Assembly (NCBI GenBank): GCA_963708295.1
Contig: CAVPSJ010000013.1
Location: 128,001 to 192,000 of the forward strand
DNA from: an uncultured delta proteobacterium
Lineage (GTDB): Bacteria; Desulfobacterota; BSN033; UBA1163
Direction: 5' to 3'
DNA length: 64,000 bases
Shown here: positions 1-10,098 of the stretch, in pieces
Position numbering within the stretch: position 1 is the stretch's first letter
How the letters are laid out: each line of letters starts with the position of its first letter
Position numbers and translations under genes: made by a program
Notes under the pieces: generated by a model
The model's input: the letters and a program-made list of their open reading frames with translations, nothing else
Database searches by the model: none
Told to the model about the DNA's origin: nothing

Positions 1-498
1 GATACCCTTCCTCCGCTGATGGTCTTGAATGCCATGGGCAGGGTGGTATCCAGGGAGGGTGAAAAGGAAGTGCCGCTTTCGGAGCTTTTTAAAGGTCCCT
101 ATGAGTCAAACTTGAAACCTTACGAACTCCTGGCTCAAATTGCATTTCAAAAGCTTTCCCCCGCCATGAGAAGCGGTTTTATCAGGTTAGCCAGAAGGGG
201 GGCAATGGCGATTGCAAGGATGAGCGTGGCCGTTGTTCTTAAGATGGAAAGCAAGGAAAGACGTATCGAAGATATCCGCATCGCTGTCGGGTCAGTGACC
301 CCCACCCCTCAAAGGGTGCCCGAGGCAGAGGTCTTTTTAAAAGGAGAATCGCCTGATGAAGAGGTCCTGCAAAAGGCCTCTCTCAAGATTTCCGAGGCAA
401 TGATCCGACAAAGCGGGATTCGGCCTTCCACCTCCTATAAAAAGCCAGTGGTAGAGGCTTTGTTCCTCAGAGTGATGAGAAAGGCCCTGGAAGGGTAA
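1..498 (+). CDS. Xanthine dehydrogenase family FAD-binding subunit, 5'-partial (probable nicotinate dehydrogenase flavoprotein)
   Basis: Frame is open from base 1 (DTLPPLMVLNA). C-terminal CO-dehydrogenase-flavoprotein-type motifs 'RLARRGAMAIA' and 'RIAVGSVTPTPQR'. Directly upstream of a Mo subunit. Confidence 0.85.
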   Translation, partial: DTLPPLMVLNAMGRVVSREGEKEVPLSELFKGPYESNLKPYELLAQIAFQKLSPAMRSGFIRLARRGAMAIARMSVAVVLKMESKERRIEDIRIAVGSVTPTPQRVPEAEVFLKGESPDEEVLQKASLKISEAMIRQSGIRPSTSYKKPVVEALFLRVMRKALEG

Positions 499-500
499 GC

Positions 501-2756
501 ATGAAACAGGTAGGGATTGAGATTCCCAAGGTTGATGTTCTGGAGAAGGCTTTGGGTGAGGCAAAGTACGGAGCAGATTTGCCTTCGAGTAAGCCCCTCC
601 ACCTGAAAGTCGTCCGAAGCCCGAAGGCCCATGCCCGGGTCGTAAAGGTCGTAACGGATGAGGCGCTCCGCGTACAAGGAGTGGAGCGAGTCTTCACGGC
701 GAAGGACATTCCAGGGAAGAACCTGATTGGAATTATTACCAAGGATCACCCCGTTCTCGCCTCGGACCGTGTCAGGTTCGTCGGAGACGCCGTTGCCTTG
801 GTCGTGGCCAGGACAGAGGAGGCAGCCGAAGAAGCAGCCTCTAAGGTGATCGTGACCTACGTGGATCTCCCGGTCATCTCCCGGCCGGAGGAGGCTCTCA
901 GGCTCGGTGCCCCGTTGATCCATGAAAAGGGGAATCTTTTGCTCGAATTCAACGTGGTGAAGGGTGACGTTCAGGCCGGGTTCAAGGAGGCCGACGTCAT
1001 TGTCGAGGAAACCTACAGCACCACATGGATCGAACACGCTTACCTTGAGCCGGATGCAGGGCTGGCAGACGTGGATGAAGAGGGGCGAGTGGTGGTCACT
1101 TGTCCCACCCAGAATGTCCACTACGATCAAAGAGACGTAGCCACTGTCCTGGGTGTTCCCTTGGAGAAGGTAAGGATCATCCAGTGTGCCACGGGAGGAG
1201 GTTTTGGAGGAAGGCTGGACATTACCGTTCAATGCCTGCTGGCCCTGGCGGCCTTTCAACTCAGGAAGCCCGTCAGGATCGCCTACCCGCGTGAAGAGGT
1301 CTTTCAAGCCACTGCCAAGCGTCACCCCCTGACCATCTCTTACAGGAGTGGCGCCAAAGAAGATGGAAAACTGACCGCCGTTGAGGTTAACATTCTATGC
1401 GACGGAGGGGCCTACGCGTCGTATGGGGTTGCGGTCGCCATCCGCTCTGCCGTGCATGCGACAGGGCCTTATGTCGTTCCTCACGTGAAGGTCAAAAGTC
1501 AGATGGTCTATACGAATAACCCATGGTCCGGTGCGATGAGAGGTTTCGGAGTCCCTCAGATCGCCTTTGCCCACGAATCACAAATGGACCTGCTTGCTCA
1601 GACTCTGAAGATCGACCCCATCGAGATTCGCCTTCGAAACGCTCTGACCACCGGAGCTGAGACAGCCACCGGGCAGACGCTCATGGCGAGCGTTGGGATC
1701 GGCGAGACCTTGAAAAGGATCCGGGAATGGAGAGAGCATCACCCCATCGCTCGTTCCGACCTGGAGAGACCTTACATCAGGAGAGGAGTTGGAGTGGGCT
1801 CGATGTGGTACGGAATCGGGAACACAGGGGTGGCCAATCCTTCGACCGCTCAGGTGGAAATCGATTCAAGCGGCGCCCTTCGACTCTTCACGGGAGCGGC
1901 AGATATAGGCCAGGGATCGGACACGGTCCTGCTTCAGATCGCTTCGGAATCTTTAGGGCTGCCCATCCATGAGATTCATCTCATCCGGGCCGATACTGCT
2001 TTGACCACCGACGCGGGGGCGACCTCAGCGAGTCGCCAGACTTATATCTCTGGAAATGCCATTCTCAGTGCCGTTAAAAATTTGAAACAGGAGGCCATCA
2101 AAGAAGCAAGTCAGCTTTTAAAGATGGATGAAAAGGACCTGTTTTTTGAAGAGGGTAAGGTCAAAGCGAGGACCTGTCTAACCACCTCGATCCCTATACG
2201 GGAGGTGGTTCGAAGAAGCGGTAGGGGACTCCGGGGGGAAGGGCATTTCGATCCGGAAACGACCAAGCTTGATCCAAAAACAGGGCAGGGAGTACCCTAT
2301 GCGACCTTTGCTTTTGCAACCCATCTTGCAGAGGTAGAAGTGGACACAGAGACGGGGAGGGTCAAGGTTCATCGTGTTGTGGCGAGCCACGACGTGGGAA
2401 AAGCGATCAACCCTGGAAATGTAAGGGGCCAGATTACGGGCGGGGTAGCCATGGGGTTGGGGTTTGCTCTGATGGAGGAATTCGTCCCGGGGGAGACCAC
2501 TTCTTTCGTCAATTACCTCATTCCCACATCGAAGGATATTCCCGAGGTTGTTCCCATCCTTGTGGAGGATGCGGAACCGACAGGCCCCTTTGGGGCAAAG
2601 GGAGTGGGAGAACCCGCACTCATACCGACAGCACCAGCGATCTTGAATGCGATTGCAGACGCCATCGGGGAAAGGATCTACCATCTTCCGGCCAACCTGG
2701 AACGGGTGAGGGAGGCAGCGGAGAAGAGTGAGAAACGCAAAGCACATAGCGCATAG
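501..2756 (+). CDS. Xanthine dehydrogenase family molybdopterin-binding subunit (probable nicotinate dehydrogenase large subunit)
   Basis: Motifs GGGFGGR, AMRGFG, DIGQG, ATSASRQ and GAKGVGEPA. Clustered with enamidase and hnr. Confidence 0.9.
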   Translation: MKQVGIEIPKVDVLEKALGEAKYGADLPSSKPLHLKVVRSPKAHARVVKVVTDEALRVQGVERVFTAKDIPGKNLIGIITKDHPVLASDRVRFVGDAVALVVARTEEAAEEAASKVIVTYVDLPVISRPEEALRLGAPLIHEKGNLLLEFNVVKGDVQAGFKEADVIVEETYSTTWIEHAYLEPDAGLADVDEEGRVVVTCPTQNVHYDQRDVATVLGVPLEKVRIIQCATGGGFGGRLDITVQCLLALAAFQLRKPVRIAYPREEVFQATAKRHPLTISYRSGAKEDGKLTAVEVNILCDGGAYASYGVAVAIRSAVHATGPYVVPHVKVKSQMVYTNNPWSGAMRGFGVPQIAFAHESQMDLLAQTLKIDPIEIRLRNALTTGAETATGQTLMASVGIGETLKRIREWREHHPIARSDLERPYIRRGVGVGSMWYGIGNTGVANPSTAQVEIDSSGALRLFTGAADIGQGSDTVLLQIASESLGLPIHEIHLIRADTALTTDAGATSASRQTYISGNAILSAVKNLKQEAIKEASQLLKMDEKDLFFEEGKVKARTCLTTSIPIREVVRRSGRGLRGEGHFDPETTKLDPKTGQGVPYATFAFATHLAEVEVDTETGRVKVHRVVASHDVGKAINPGNVRGQITGGVAMGLGFALMEEFVPGETTSFVNYLIPTSKDIPEVVPILVEDAEPTGPFGAKGVGEPALIPTAPAILNAIADAIGERIYHLPANLERVREAAEKSEKRKAHSA

Positions 2757-2939
2757 CATGAAGAAAAGAAAATGAAAACAGGAGAGCAGAAAGTCCGGGT
2801 CATCCTCTGTGGCCGGCTAGAGCCGGGAGCCCGCGGAGGCCTCCCTTTTGTTAAAGATTTGGCCCAGCTTCAGCTTAGTGACCGCTGCATTGTGTGAATA
2901 CGGTAGCGCCATGCGATTTTAGGTAAATGGAGGAAAGAT

Positions 2940-4103
2940 ATGGCCAAACTGATGATCAAGAATATCGGTGCGATGGTTTCAGGGGATATTTCAAATCCGC
3001 TGTTGAACGCCGACGCCCTAATCATCGAAGGAAGTTTGATTCAAGGTGTGGGGAAAGAGAAAAATTTGGATAGCAAGGGAGTCGATCAGGTCATTGACGT
3101 GCAGGGAATGACGGTGACCCCCGGGTTGATTGATTCCCACTGTCATCCCGTTCTCGGAGATTTTACACCGAGGCAGAAGATGTTGGACTTTATCGAGTCT
3201 TCACTCCACGGGGGGGTGACGACGGTTATTTCGGCTGGGGAGGTCCATCTGCCGGGCAGACCGAAAGATGTTGCGGGAACGAAGGCTCTGGCCATTTTAG
3301 CTGCCAAGTCTTTTTCCAACGCAAGGCCCGGCGGTGTGAAGGTGTTGGGAGGAGCTCTTATCCTTGAGCCTGGCTTGCAGGAGAAGGATTTTGAGGAGCT
3401 GGCCAGAGAAGGCGTGAAGGTGGTTGGGGAGATTGGTTTAGGAGGGGTGAAGAGCCCGAAGGATGCCGCCCCCATGGTCAAATGGGCGAAGAAATGCGGG
3501 ATGGTTGTGATGATGCACACCGGAGGAACCTCCATTCCCGGAAGTACCACCGTTCCCGCCGATGATGTGATCGCCGCTGATCCGGATGTCGTCTCCCATA
3601 TTAATGGAGGCCCCACGGCCATCTCCGTTGCTGAGGCAGAGAAATTAATTCGGAAAACCCCGCTTGCTCTGGAGATTGTTCACTGCGGAAATTCAAAGAT
3701 GATCCTTGATGTGATGAAGATTGTCAAAGAGGTAAAAGCCTATCCAAGGGTCATCATTGGAAATGATGCGCCCTCCGGAACGGGCGTCATTCCTCTTGGA
3801 ATTCTCAGGGTGATCAACTTTTTGGCGTCCCTCTGTGACGTCAAAGCCGAAGAGGCGATTGCCATGGCTACCGGCAATACAGCAAAAGTATATAAGCTCA
3901 ATAGAGGGCGGATAGAAGTTGGTAAGGAAGCTGACCTGGTGATCATGGACGCACCCATGGGATCTGTCGGAAAAGATGCCCTTTCAGCCATCGAAGCAGG
4001 CGACATTCCAGGGATTGCAGGTGTGCTGATCGATGGGATGATGAAAATCGGTGTGAGCAGAAACACGCCCCCACCCCAGCGAAAGATAGTCACCGGTAAA
4101 TAA
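2940..4103 (+). CDS. ena: Enamidase (amidohydrolase superfamily, nicotinate catabolism)
   Basis: PGLIDSHCH metal motif. Segments 'SLHGGVTT', 'HTGGTSIPGS', 'SHINGGPTA', 'GNDAPSGTG' and 'SRNTPP' match Eubacterium barkeri enamidase as recalled. GGAGG RBS. Confidence 0.9.
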   Translation: MAKLMIKNIGAMVSGDISNPLLNADALIIEGSLIQGVGKEKNLDSKGVDQVIDVQGMTVTPGLIDSHCHPVLGDFTPRQKMLDFIESSLHGGVTTVISAGEVHLPGRPKDVAGTKALAILAAKSFSNARPGGVKVLGGALILEPGLQEKDFEELAREGVKVVGEIGLGGVKSPKDAAPMVKWAKKCGMVVMMHTGGTSIPGSTTVPADDVIAADPDVVSHINGGPTAISVAEAEKLIRKTPLALEIVHCGNSKMILDVMKIVKEVKAYPRVIIGNDAPSGTGVIPLGILRVINFLASLCDVKAEEAIAMATGNTAKVYKLNRGRIEVGKEADLVIMDAPMGSVGKDALSAIEAGDIPGIAGVLIDGMMKIGVSRNTPPPQRKIVTGK

Positions 4104-4212
4104 GTGATAAAGTTGAAAATGCCTAAAGTGACTAAAGTTGAAAATGACCGAAGTTCTTAAGACTTCCTTTAGACACTTTAGCTCACTTTAGTTCACTTCA
4201 GTCACTTAAGCT
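4104..4212. repeat. Periodic imperfect inverted repeat (TAAAGTG.. / CACTTTAG.. units)
   Basis: Left arm repeats taaagt(t)ga; right arm repeats cactttag/cacttcag/cacttaag. Confidence 0.6.
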
Positions 4213-4242
4213 TTTTAACCCAATTTGGGCAACGGGGATTAA

Positions 4243-5799
4243 ATGATGATCGTTGACTGGGAGACTTGTATCGGGTGTGGCTTGTGCGTCGAAGTTTGTC
4301 CTTTGGGAGCTATTTCTCTCGTCGAAGAAGGCAAGAAAAAAGCCTCCATCTCTGATCTCTGCGTCGACTGTCAAGCCTGCGCCAAAGCCTGCCCGAAGGA
4401 GGCTATCGGACCTCCCCCGGAACCAAAAGAAGGAGGCGTGAAGTGTATCTCCTGTCCGATCACCTGTTATATCAAAGCCGGAAGGACAGGAGCCTGTCAA
4501 CGATTTGTCAATCTCGAAGGAGAACTCGTCCGTAAGATTCCCCTTCAGACTTATGAAAACGTCGCAGAGATGGTTGGCGATGATCATGAGGAGGCCATCC
4601 GGAGACCGTTGATCACCGGCATCGGAGCGGGGACCACTTATCCCGATACCAAACCTGCCCCCTATATTGTTCAGTCCAAGTTGAAAGGGATTGATGTGGT
4701 CACCGTCGTCACGGAAGCACCCTTGAGTTACAGCGGCATCAAGGTCAAGGTGGATACGGATCTGCACATGGGCAAGGAGGGGGCACCTGTCCTGATAGGA
4801 AAGAAGAAAGTAGGACACCTCTGCACGGAGGAATACGGGTCCAAGATTCTCTCCTTGGGGGGAGTCAACCTCCTCACTGGAAAAGATGGCATCGCTGTGG
4901 CAAAGCTCATCGTCGATATCGCCAATCGAAGAGAAGTCCGTCTCAAGGTGGACGACGGAGCTGAATTGATTCTTCAAGTAGGCAGGCCTCCTGTCATCGA
5001 TGGTGAAACAGGAAGAAGAATGAGGGTGGGCTGCGGCAGCGCCTCGATGGGTCTTTTCGGTAGATATTTTCTAGGTGCGGCGGATGAAGTGATTGTCCTC
5101 GATGCTCACCTGATCGGACAATTTACCGAGCATGCCGCGGGCAGAGAACTGGGTGCGAAATATAGCGGAATCCATTTGAAAGCGAGACGATCCACTCCGG
5201 GAAGATATTTTGGAGAGCATGGCAGGGGCTGGGGGGGGACGCCGATAGGAGATCCCCTTGAGATCATCAAAGGATTTGACCCGAAGATTGCTATACCCGG
5301 GATGACATTTTTGATCACTGAAACCACAGCGGAAAGAGCAGCGATGTATCGACTGGAAAAGGACGGGAAATTTGAGCAGATCGAATTAACTCCAATGGCC
5401 AAGACGGCTGTGGCCATGATCGCCTCAAACTGCCAGCCATCAAGAGTTTCCGCTGTTTTCATCGGCGGGGGTGGCGGGAGCGCAAGGGCAGGGGTGACCA
5501 AGGTGCCCGTTAGACTCAACCAGGCCATTCATCAAAACCGGGCAAAGTTAACGGTGGGCGGGGCGCCAACCTATATCCTCCCAGGAGGCGGGATTACTTT
5601 TTTGGTCGATGTGGAGAAGGTGATGGTGAGGGCGTTTACTTATGTCCCCACCCCGGCAATGGTTGTTCCCCTCGAATATACAATGAGATTGAAAGAATAT
5701 CTGGAAATAGGTGGCCATAAGGAGAAGATCCGAAGGCTAAAGGATGTCCTGAAGGAGATAGGAGAAAGCTCCAGATCCCGGGCGCCGTTGATGAAATAA
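4243..5799 (+). CDS. hnr: 6-hydroxynicotinate reductase with N-terminal 2x[4Fe-4S] ferredoxin domain
   Basis: Two CxxCxxCxxxCP motifs, then CxxCPxxC..GAC, 'TGIGAGTTYPD', 'VTEAPLSY' and 'RMRVGCGSA'. Adjacent to enamidase. Confidence 0.88.
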   Translation: MMIVDWETCIGCGLCVEVCPLGAISLVEEGKKKASISDLCVDCQACAKACPKEAIGPPPEPKEGGVKCISCPITCYIKAGRTGACQRFVNLEGELVRKIPLQTYENVAEMVGDDHEEAIRRPLITGIGAGTTYPDTKPAPYIVQSKLKGIDVVTVVTEAPLSYSGIKVKVDTDLHMGKEGAPVLIGKKKVGHLCTEEYGSKILSLGGVNLLTGKDGIAVAKLIVDIANRREVRLKVDDGAELILQVGRPPVIDGETGRRMRVGCGSASMGLFGRYFLGAADEVIVLDAHLIGQFTEHAAGRELGAKYSGIHLKARRSTPGRYFGEHGRGWGGTPIGDPLEIIKGFDPKIAIPGMTFLITETTAERAAMYRLEKDGKFEQIELTPMAKTAVAMIASNCQPSRVSAVFIGGGGGSARAGVTKVPVRLNQAIHQNRAKLTVGGAPTYILPGGGITFLVDVEKVMVRAFTYVPTPAMVVPLEYTMRLKEYLEIGGHKEKIRRLKDVLKEIGESSRSRAPLMK

Positions 5800-5915
5800 T
5801 TCCAAGTAACCCATAACCAAATTCAAATTAGTCGTTTCACTTATTGAGTTTGGAAATTGGTTTTTGCTGATTGGAGCTAAGGTGGGGTTTGGAGTTTTGT
5901 TAGTGGAATTTATCG

Positions 5916-6797
5916 ATGACGATGCAGGCGGCACAAAGGATTCATCGCACGAATTGTATTCAGACCCTGTCGAACGGAGTTGTCCTGGTCGACTATGGTC
6001 CCATGCATATGTTTATCAGTGCCTCTGAAAATGCAAGACCTCTTGTGGAATTGGCGAAAGAGGGGGCCCATTTCGCCATGGAGGTTCTCGCAGATTTGGC
6101 AAGATTTCTTCCGGTGATCAAGAAAAAAGCGTGGAAGCTTGGGGTTGGGGAGACATACCCGGATGTTGTTCGAAGGATGATCGAAGCGACGAGAAGAATG
6201 GAGGAGCCGGATCTAACTCCCCTCGCTGCTGTTGCTGGAACGGCCTCTGACGTGGTTGCCGATTTCATCTTCCGCAAAGGTGGGACCAAGATCATTGTGG
6301 ATAACGGAGGGGACATTGCGATCCGTTTGAGAGAAGGGGAGGTGGCAAAGGTAGGGGTGAAAACAGAGATTGATGCAGACCAACCGACTTACCTCATTTC
6401 GATCGATTCTACTATGGGAATAGGGGGAGTGGCGACAAGCGGTCTTGGAGGAAGGAGTCTTACCAAAGGAATTGCTTCAGCCGCAACCGTCCTCTCTCCG
6501 ACGGCCGCGGTGTCGGATTCGGCGGCTACGGTGATTGGAAACTTTACCCATGTCGAAGATGCGAATATCGTGAAGTCTCTGGCAGAAAAAATCCAGCCTG
6601 ATACCGATATTGCAGGGGAGTGGGTCACCGTCGAAGTTGGAAGCTTATCTCAGGATAAGATTGAGGAGGCGTTGAAGAACGGTCTGTCGAAGGCGGTCTC
6701 GATTTGCGAGAAGGGATGGATCACCGGAGCCTTGATTGCCATACAAGGCAAAGTGGCCTGGACGGATTCTTTGAATTCTTGGTTGACGAAATTATAA
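5916..6797 (+). CDS. UPF0280 / ApbE-like flavin transferase family protein
   Basis: Motifs 'TPLAAVAG', 'VDNGGDIA', 'GVATSGLGGRS' and 'DSAATVIGN'. Confidence 0.85.
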   Translation: MTMQAAQRIHRTNCIQTLSNGVVLVDYGPMHMFISASENARPLVELAKEGAHFAMEVLADLARFLPVIKKKAWKLGVGETYPDVVRRMIEATRRMEEPDLTPLAAVAGTASDVVADFIFRKGGTKIIVDNGGDIAIRLREGEVAKVGVKTEIDADQPTYLISIDSTMGIGGVATSGLGGRSLTKGIASAATVLSPTAAVSDSAATVIGNFTHVEDANIVKSLAEKIQPDTDIAGEWVTVEVGSLSQDKIEEALKNGLSKAVSICEKGWITGALIAIQGKVAWTDSLNSWLTKL

Positions 6798-6872
6798 AAC
6801 ACAAAATGAAATTTCCCTTACCATCCCCTCTCCTCGGGGGGAGGGATAGAGTGAGGGACCGGAGGTGAAAAC

Positions 6873-7451
6873 ATGGAAGTCAGAAAATACGTCATCATTG
6901 TTGAAGAGACCGCGATCGAAGGAGGAAAGAAGGTCGATCCGCCAACTCGCAAAGCTGCTGCCATCGCAGTGATAAAGAATCCCTTCGCGGGGAAATATGT
7001 GGAGAAACTGGATGAACTTGTCGATGTCGGCGAAGTGTTAGGGGGAATCCTTGGGAAGAAGGCTGTCGAGGCGTTGAAGATACCGCCTAAAGATGCTGAG
7101 AGTTATGGGAAGGCAGCCATCGTAGGAGCGGAGGGTGAGCTGGAGCATGCGGCAGCCATCTTACATCCCAAATTAGGAACTCCCTTGAGGGAAGCCGTCG
7201 GTGGAGGAAAAGCGATTATCCCTTCCGCGAAAAAGATGGGAGGTCCCGGAACAGAAATTGACGTCCCTGTCCATTACAAGGATGCAGCATTTGTCCGCTC
7301 TCACTTTGATGCCATGGCTGTGAGAGTCCCGGATGCACCCAGATCCGATGAAATCCTGGTTGTGGTCGTCGTCACGGATTCAGGCAGACCTCATCCTCGA
7401 ATCGGCGGCTTGAAGAAGGAAGAAGCGAAAAAAGAGGACGGGCTGAGATAA
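6873..7451 (+). CDS. DUF1185 / 'amino acid synthesis' family protein
   Basis: Motifs 'NPFAGKYVE', 'SYGKAAIVG..GELEH', 'RSHFD' and 'GRPHPRIG'. GGAGGTG RBS. Confidence 0.85.
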   Translation: MEVRKYVIIVEETAIEGGKKVDPPTRKAAAIAVIKNPFAGKYVEKLDELVDVGEVLGGILGKKAVEALKIPPKDAESYGKAAIVGAEGELEHAAAILHPKLGTPLREAVGGGKAIIPSAKKMGGPGTEIDVPVHYKDAAFVRSHFDAMAVRVPDAPRSDEILVVVVVTDSGRPHPRIGGLKKEEAKKEDGLR

Positions 7452-7520
7452 TCGTCATAGGGTCTTGTGGTCCCGTAGTCTATAAGCGGTTGGATTACAA
7501 GACGATGGGACGGTATGATT
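7452..7520. repeat. 8-nt periodic imperfect inverted repeat between convergent genes
   Basis: gtcatagg gtcttgtg gtcccgta gtctataa versus gattacaa gacgatgg gacggtat. Confidence 0.5.
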
Positions 7521-7531
7521 CATTATGCCGT

Positions 7532-8602
7532 TTAGATTTTTCGAATCAGATCTTCGATAGCGGCTGAGTTGAGGCCCTTGAGAAAGAGGAAAAGCAACTC
7601 GGCCGTTTTCTCCACATCGGGCCATTTTACCAATTCTGCGGGCGAATGGCTATACCGGCGGGGGATATAGAGTCCGCCGCACGGGATGCCCTTACCCGAG
7701 GTGTGAATGGTGGCGGCATCCGTCCACGTCTTGGCCACATCCTTCTGGTGGGGTATCCCGCTCTTTTCCGCAGTGGTCAGCAGTCTCTTCCGAATCTTCT
7801 TTGAATAGATCGTCCCCCACCCCAAGGCATTGACGTCTACGGACCGGATGATCGGTCCCTTGCCGCATTCAGCGGTGGCTTGTTGAGGCGGGGTGATCGG
7901 ATCGGAGGCCGGAACCGTGTCGACCACGATGGCCATATCCGGTTCGAGTGCTTGGGCGGCCACCTTGGCTCCTCTTGATCCAATCTCTTCCTGGACGGCG
8001 GCAACCAAATAGAGCTGATAGTCTATCTTCTTTGATTTCATTTTCTCCGCCAAATCGATGAGAATGGTGCAGCCCGCGCGGTTATCAATCGCTTTGCTGA
8101 TGATGGACTCTTTGCCAATTTTTTGGAAATTGGGATGAAAGACGATAGGATCTCCGATTTCGATACCCCACCGCCTAACATCATCCTCACTCCCGGCGCC
8201 CACGTCGATCCACAGATCCGAAACGCTGATTGGACGTTTGAGGTCTTCCGGCGTCAAAAGGTGTCGATTTTTCACTCCCACCACACCCGTCAGAATTCCT
8301 CTGTCTGTGCAGAGGTCCACCTTGGTGCTGAGAAGGGCCCTTTCGTCGATTATGCCGTTGAGCTCAAAATAGATAAACCCTTTCGGATCGATATATTTGA
8401 CCAGCAGTCCCACTTCGTCGGAATGGACGCAAACCATGACTGATTTTTTGCCCTTCCCGAGTTTTCCGATGACATTTCCCATCGGATCTACGGAGACATC
8501 CGGGAGTCTTCCCTTCAATTCCGTGGCGATAAACTCGATCACCTCTTCTTCAAAACCACTTCCTCCGGGGATTTGAGCAAGCTTTTCAAAATTTTTGAGC
8601 AT
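7532..8602 (-). CDS. M42 family metallopeptidase (FrvX/TET aminopeptidase-like)
   Basis: Metal-binding motifs HSDEVG, KAIDNRAG, QEEIGSRGA, TDA and RYSHSP. Confidence 0.9.
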   Translation of the reverse strand: MLKNFEKLAQIPGGSGFEEEVIEFIATELKGRLPDVSVDPMGNVIGKLGKGKKSVMVCVHSDEVGLLVKYIDPKGFIYFELNGIIDERALLSTKVDLCTDRGILTGVVGVKNRHLLTPEDLKRPISVSDLWIDVGAGSEDDVRRWGIEIGDPIVFHPNFQKIGKESIISKAIDNRAGCTILIDLAEKMKSKKIDYQLYLVAAVQEEIGSRGAKVAAQALEPDMAIVVDTVPASDPITPPQQATAECGKGPIIRSVDVNALGWGTIYSKKIRKRLLTTAEKSGIPHQKDVAKTWTDAATIHTSGKGIPCGGLYIPRRYSHSPAELVKWPDVEKTAELLFLFLKGLNSAAIEDLIRKI

Positions 8603-8762
8603 ATTCTCTCCGTGAATCGGTTTGGGATTGGCTGGGAGACCGCCGTCTCATCCAGCAGGGATCAGAATGAATTTTATAATTTATTCCAGATTATTTCAAT
8701 GAATATGATCGCAGGACTGATCTTCCTGGGTGGCATGCGAATGACGATTACGGCATGTTAGA

Positions 8763-9815
8763 ATGGACGATATGAGGCGGATTCTTCACATCGATATGGA
8801 CGCCTTCTTCTCTGCCGTGGAACAGAAGAGGCATCCTGAGCTGGTTGGAAAGCCAGTGGTCGTTGGGGGTGGGGGAGACCCCACAAAGAGAGGGGTAGTA
8901 TCAACAGCCTCTTACGAGGCGAGGAAGTTCGGAATTTATTCCGCCATGCCTTTGAGGATAGCCCATAAGCTTTGTCCTGAGGCTGTTTTTCTCCCCGTTG
9001 ATTACGAGGAATACTCAAGAGTTTCGGAAGAGGTCAAGGCCATCCTCAGAGAATTCAGTCCGATCATGGAAGACGCAGGAATCGATGAAGCATTCCTGGA
9101 TATCTCATTCGTCGCCGGACCCCTAGAGGAGATCGCCGGGGAGATTAAAAAAAGAATCAAACTTAACACAGGCCTTACCTGTTCTATTGGTATTGCGCCG
9201 AACAAGCTTCTCGCCAAGATGGCTTCGGACATGCAGAAACCCGATGGGTTTACCCTCATTACGGAAGATGATATCCGGGGCCGTATCTGGCCTTTACCGG
9301 TAAGAAAGCTCCGGGGGGTGGGACCAAAGACAGAAGCCTATCTCAAAGAGATGGGCATCCAGACGATTGGAGACCTTGCCTCATTATCCCTGGATAGATT
9401 GACCGAAGAATTCGGCCAATCCTACGGAAATTACCTCTACGAGGCATCAAGAGGGACTGATGAGAGTTCCCTCATCACCCACTGGGAGCCAAAGTCGATT
9501 AGCAGAGAGACCACCTTTGAAAGAGATGTAGACAACTGGCAGGTCATCGCAAAAACTCTTGCCGAACTCACAAAGGAAGTAGCCCTCAACATGAAAGAGG
9601 GGGGCTATCAGGGTAGGACCGTGACCTTAAAAATAAGATTCAACGATTTTAAGACCTACACGAGGGCAAAGACCCTAAGCCGGCATACGGGTTCGGAAGA
9701 AGAAATCAGGAGGGCTGCCTTCGACTGCCTTGGCAGGGTCGAGATCAAGAAGAAGGTCCGACTCATTGGGGTGAGGGTTGGGAGTTTGAAGAAGATCAAG
9801 GAAGGTGAAGATTAA
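8763..9815 (+). CDS. dinB: DNA polymerase IV
   Basis: Motifs HIDMDAFFSAVEQ, SYEARKFG, GIDEAFLD, NKLLAKMASD and GVGPKT. Confidence 0.95.
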   Translation: MDDMRRILHIDMDAFFSAVEQKRHPELVGKPVVVGGGGDPTKRGVVSTASYEARKFGIYSAMPLRIAHKLCPEAVFLPVDYEEYSRVSEEVKAILREFSPIMEDAGIDEAFLDISFVAGPLEEIAGEIKKRIKLNTGLTCSIGIAPNKLLAKMASDMQKPDGFTLITEDDIRGRIWPLPVRKLRGVGPKTEAYLKEMGIQTIGDLASLSLDRLTEEFGQSYGNYLYEASRGTDESSLITHWEPKSISRETTFERDVDNWQVIAKTLAELTKEVALNMKEGGYQGRTVTLKIRFNDFKTYTRAKTLSRHTGSEEEIRRAAFDCLGRVEIKKKVRLIGVRVGSLKKIKEGED

Positions 9816-10098
9816 GAGGGAAGGGGTTCTTCAAATTTTTCCTGAAGCTTACTTGATTTACTTCTGCCCGACGCATTTACGTGCCAGTGTTCACCGACAT
9901 AGATCGAAAAGGCGATAACCGAATGAGATAGTGGAAAGGCGGAGTTGAGTTTTTCAACTCCGCCTTTCCGTTGCCCGCGGCAGAGAAGGAACGATCGCCA
10001 GTGGCAGTTTGTGTGTGCAGTCTCGAGGATATTGATCCTTGTTCCTCGATTGTTGAAGTCAAGATTTTCCGCCTGGCAATTCGAACCTTAGAATCATT

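Noticed and set aside
435-1325. 296-aa minus-strand ORF (and 4198-4977, 29651-30295)
   Set aside because: Antisense to well-supported genes.
2772-2897. 41-aa ORF between the Mo subunit and enamidase
   Set aside because: No recognisable motif or clear RBS; cannot be supported.
8603-8762. SOS/LexA box upstream of dinB
   Set aside because: No convincing palindrome or direct-repeat box was seen.
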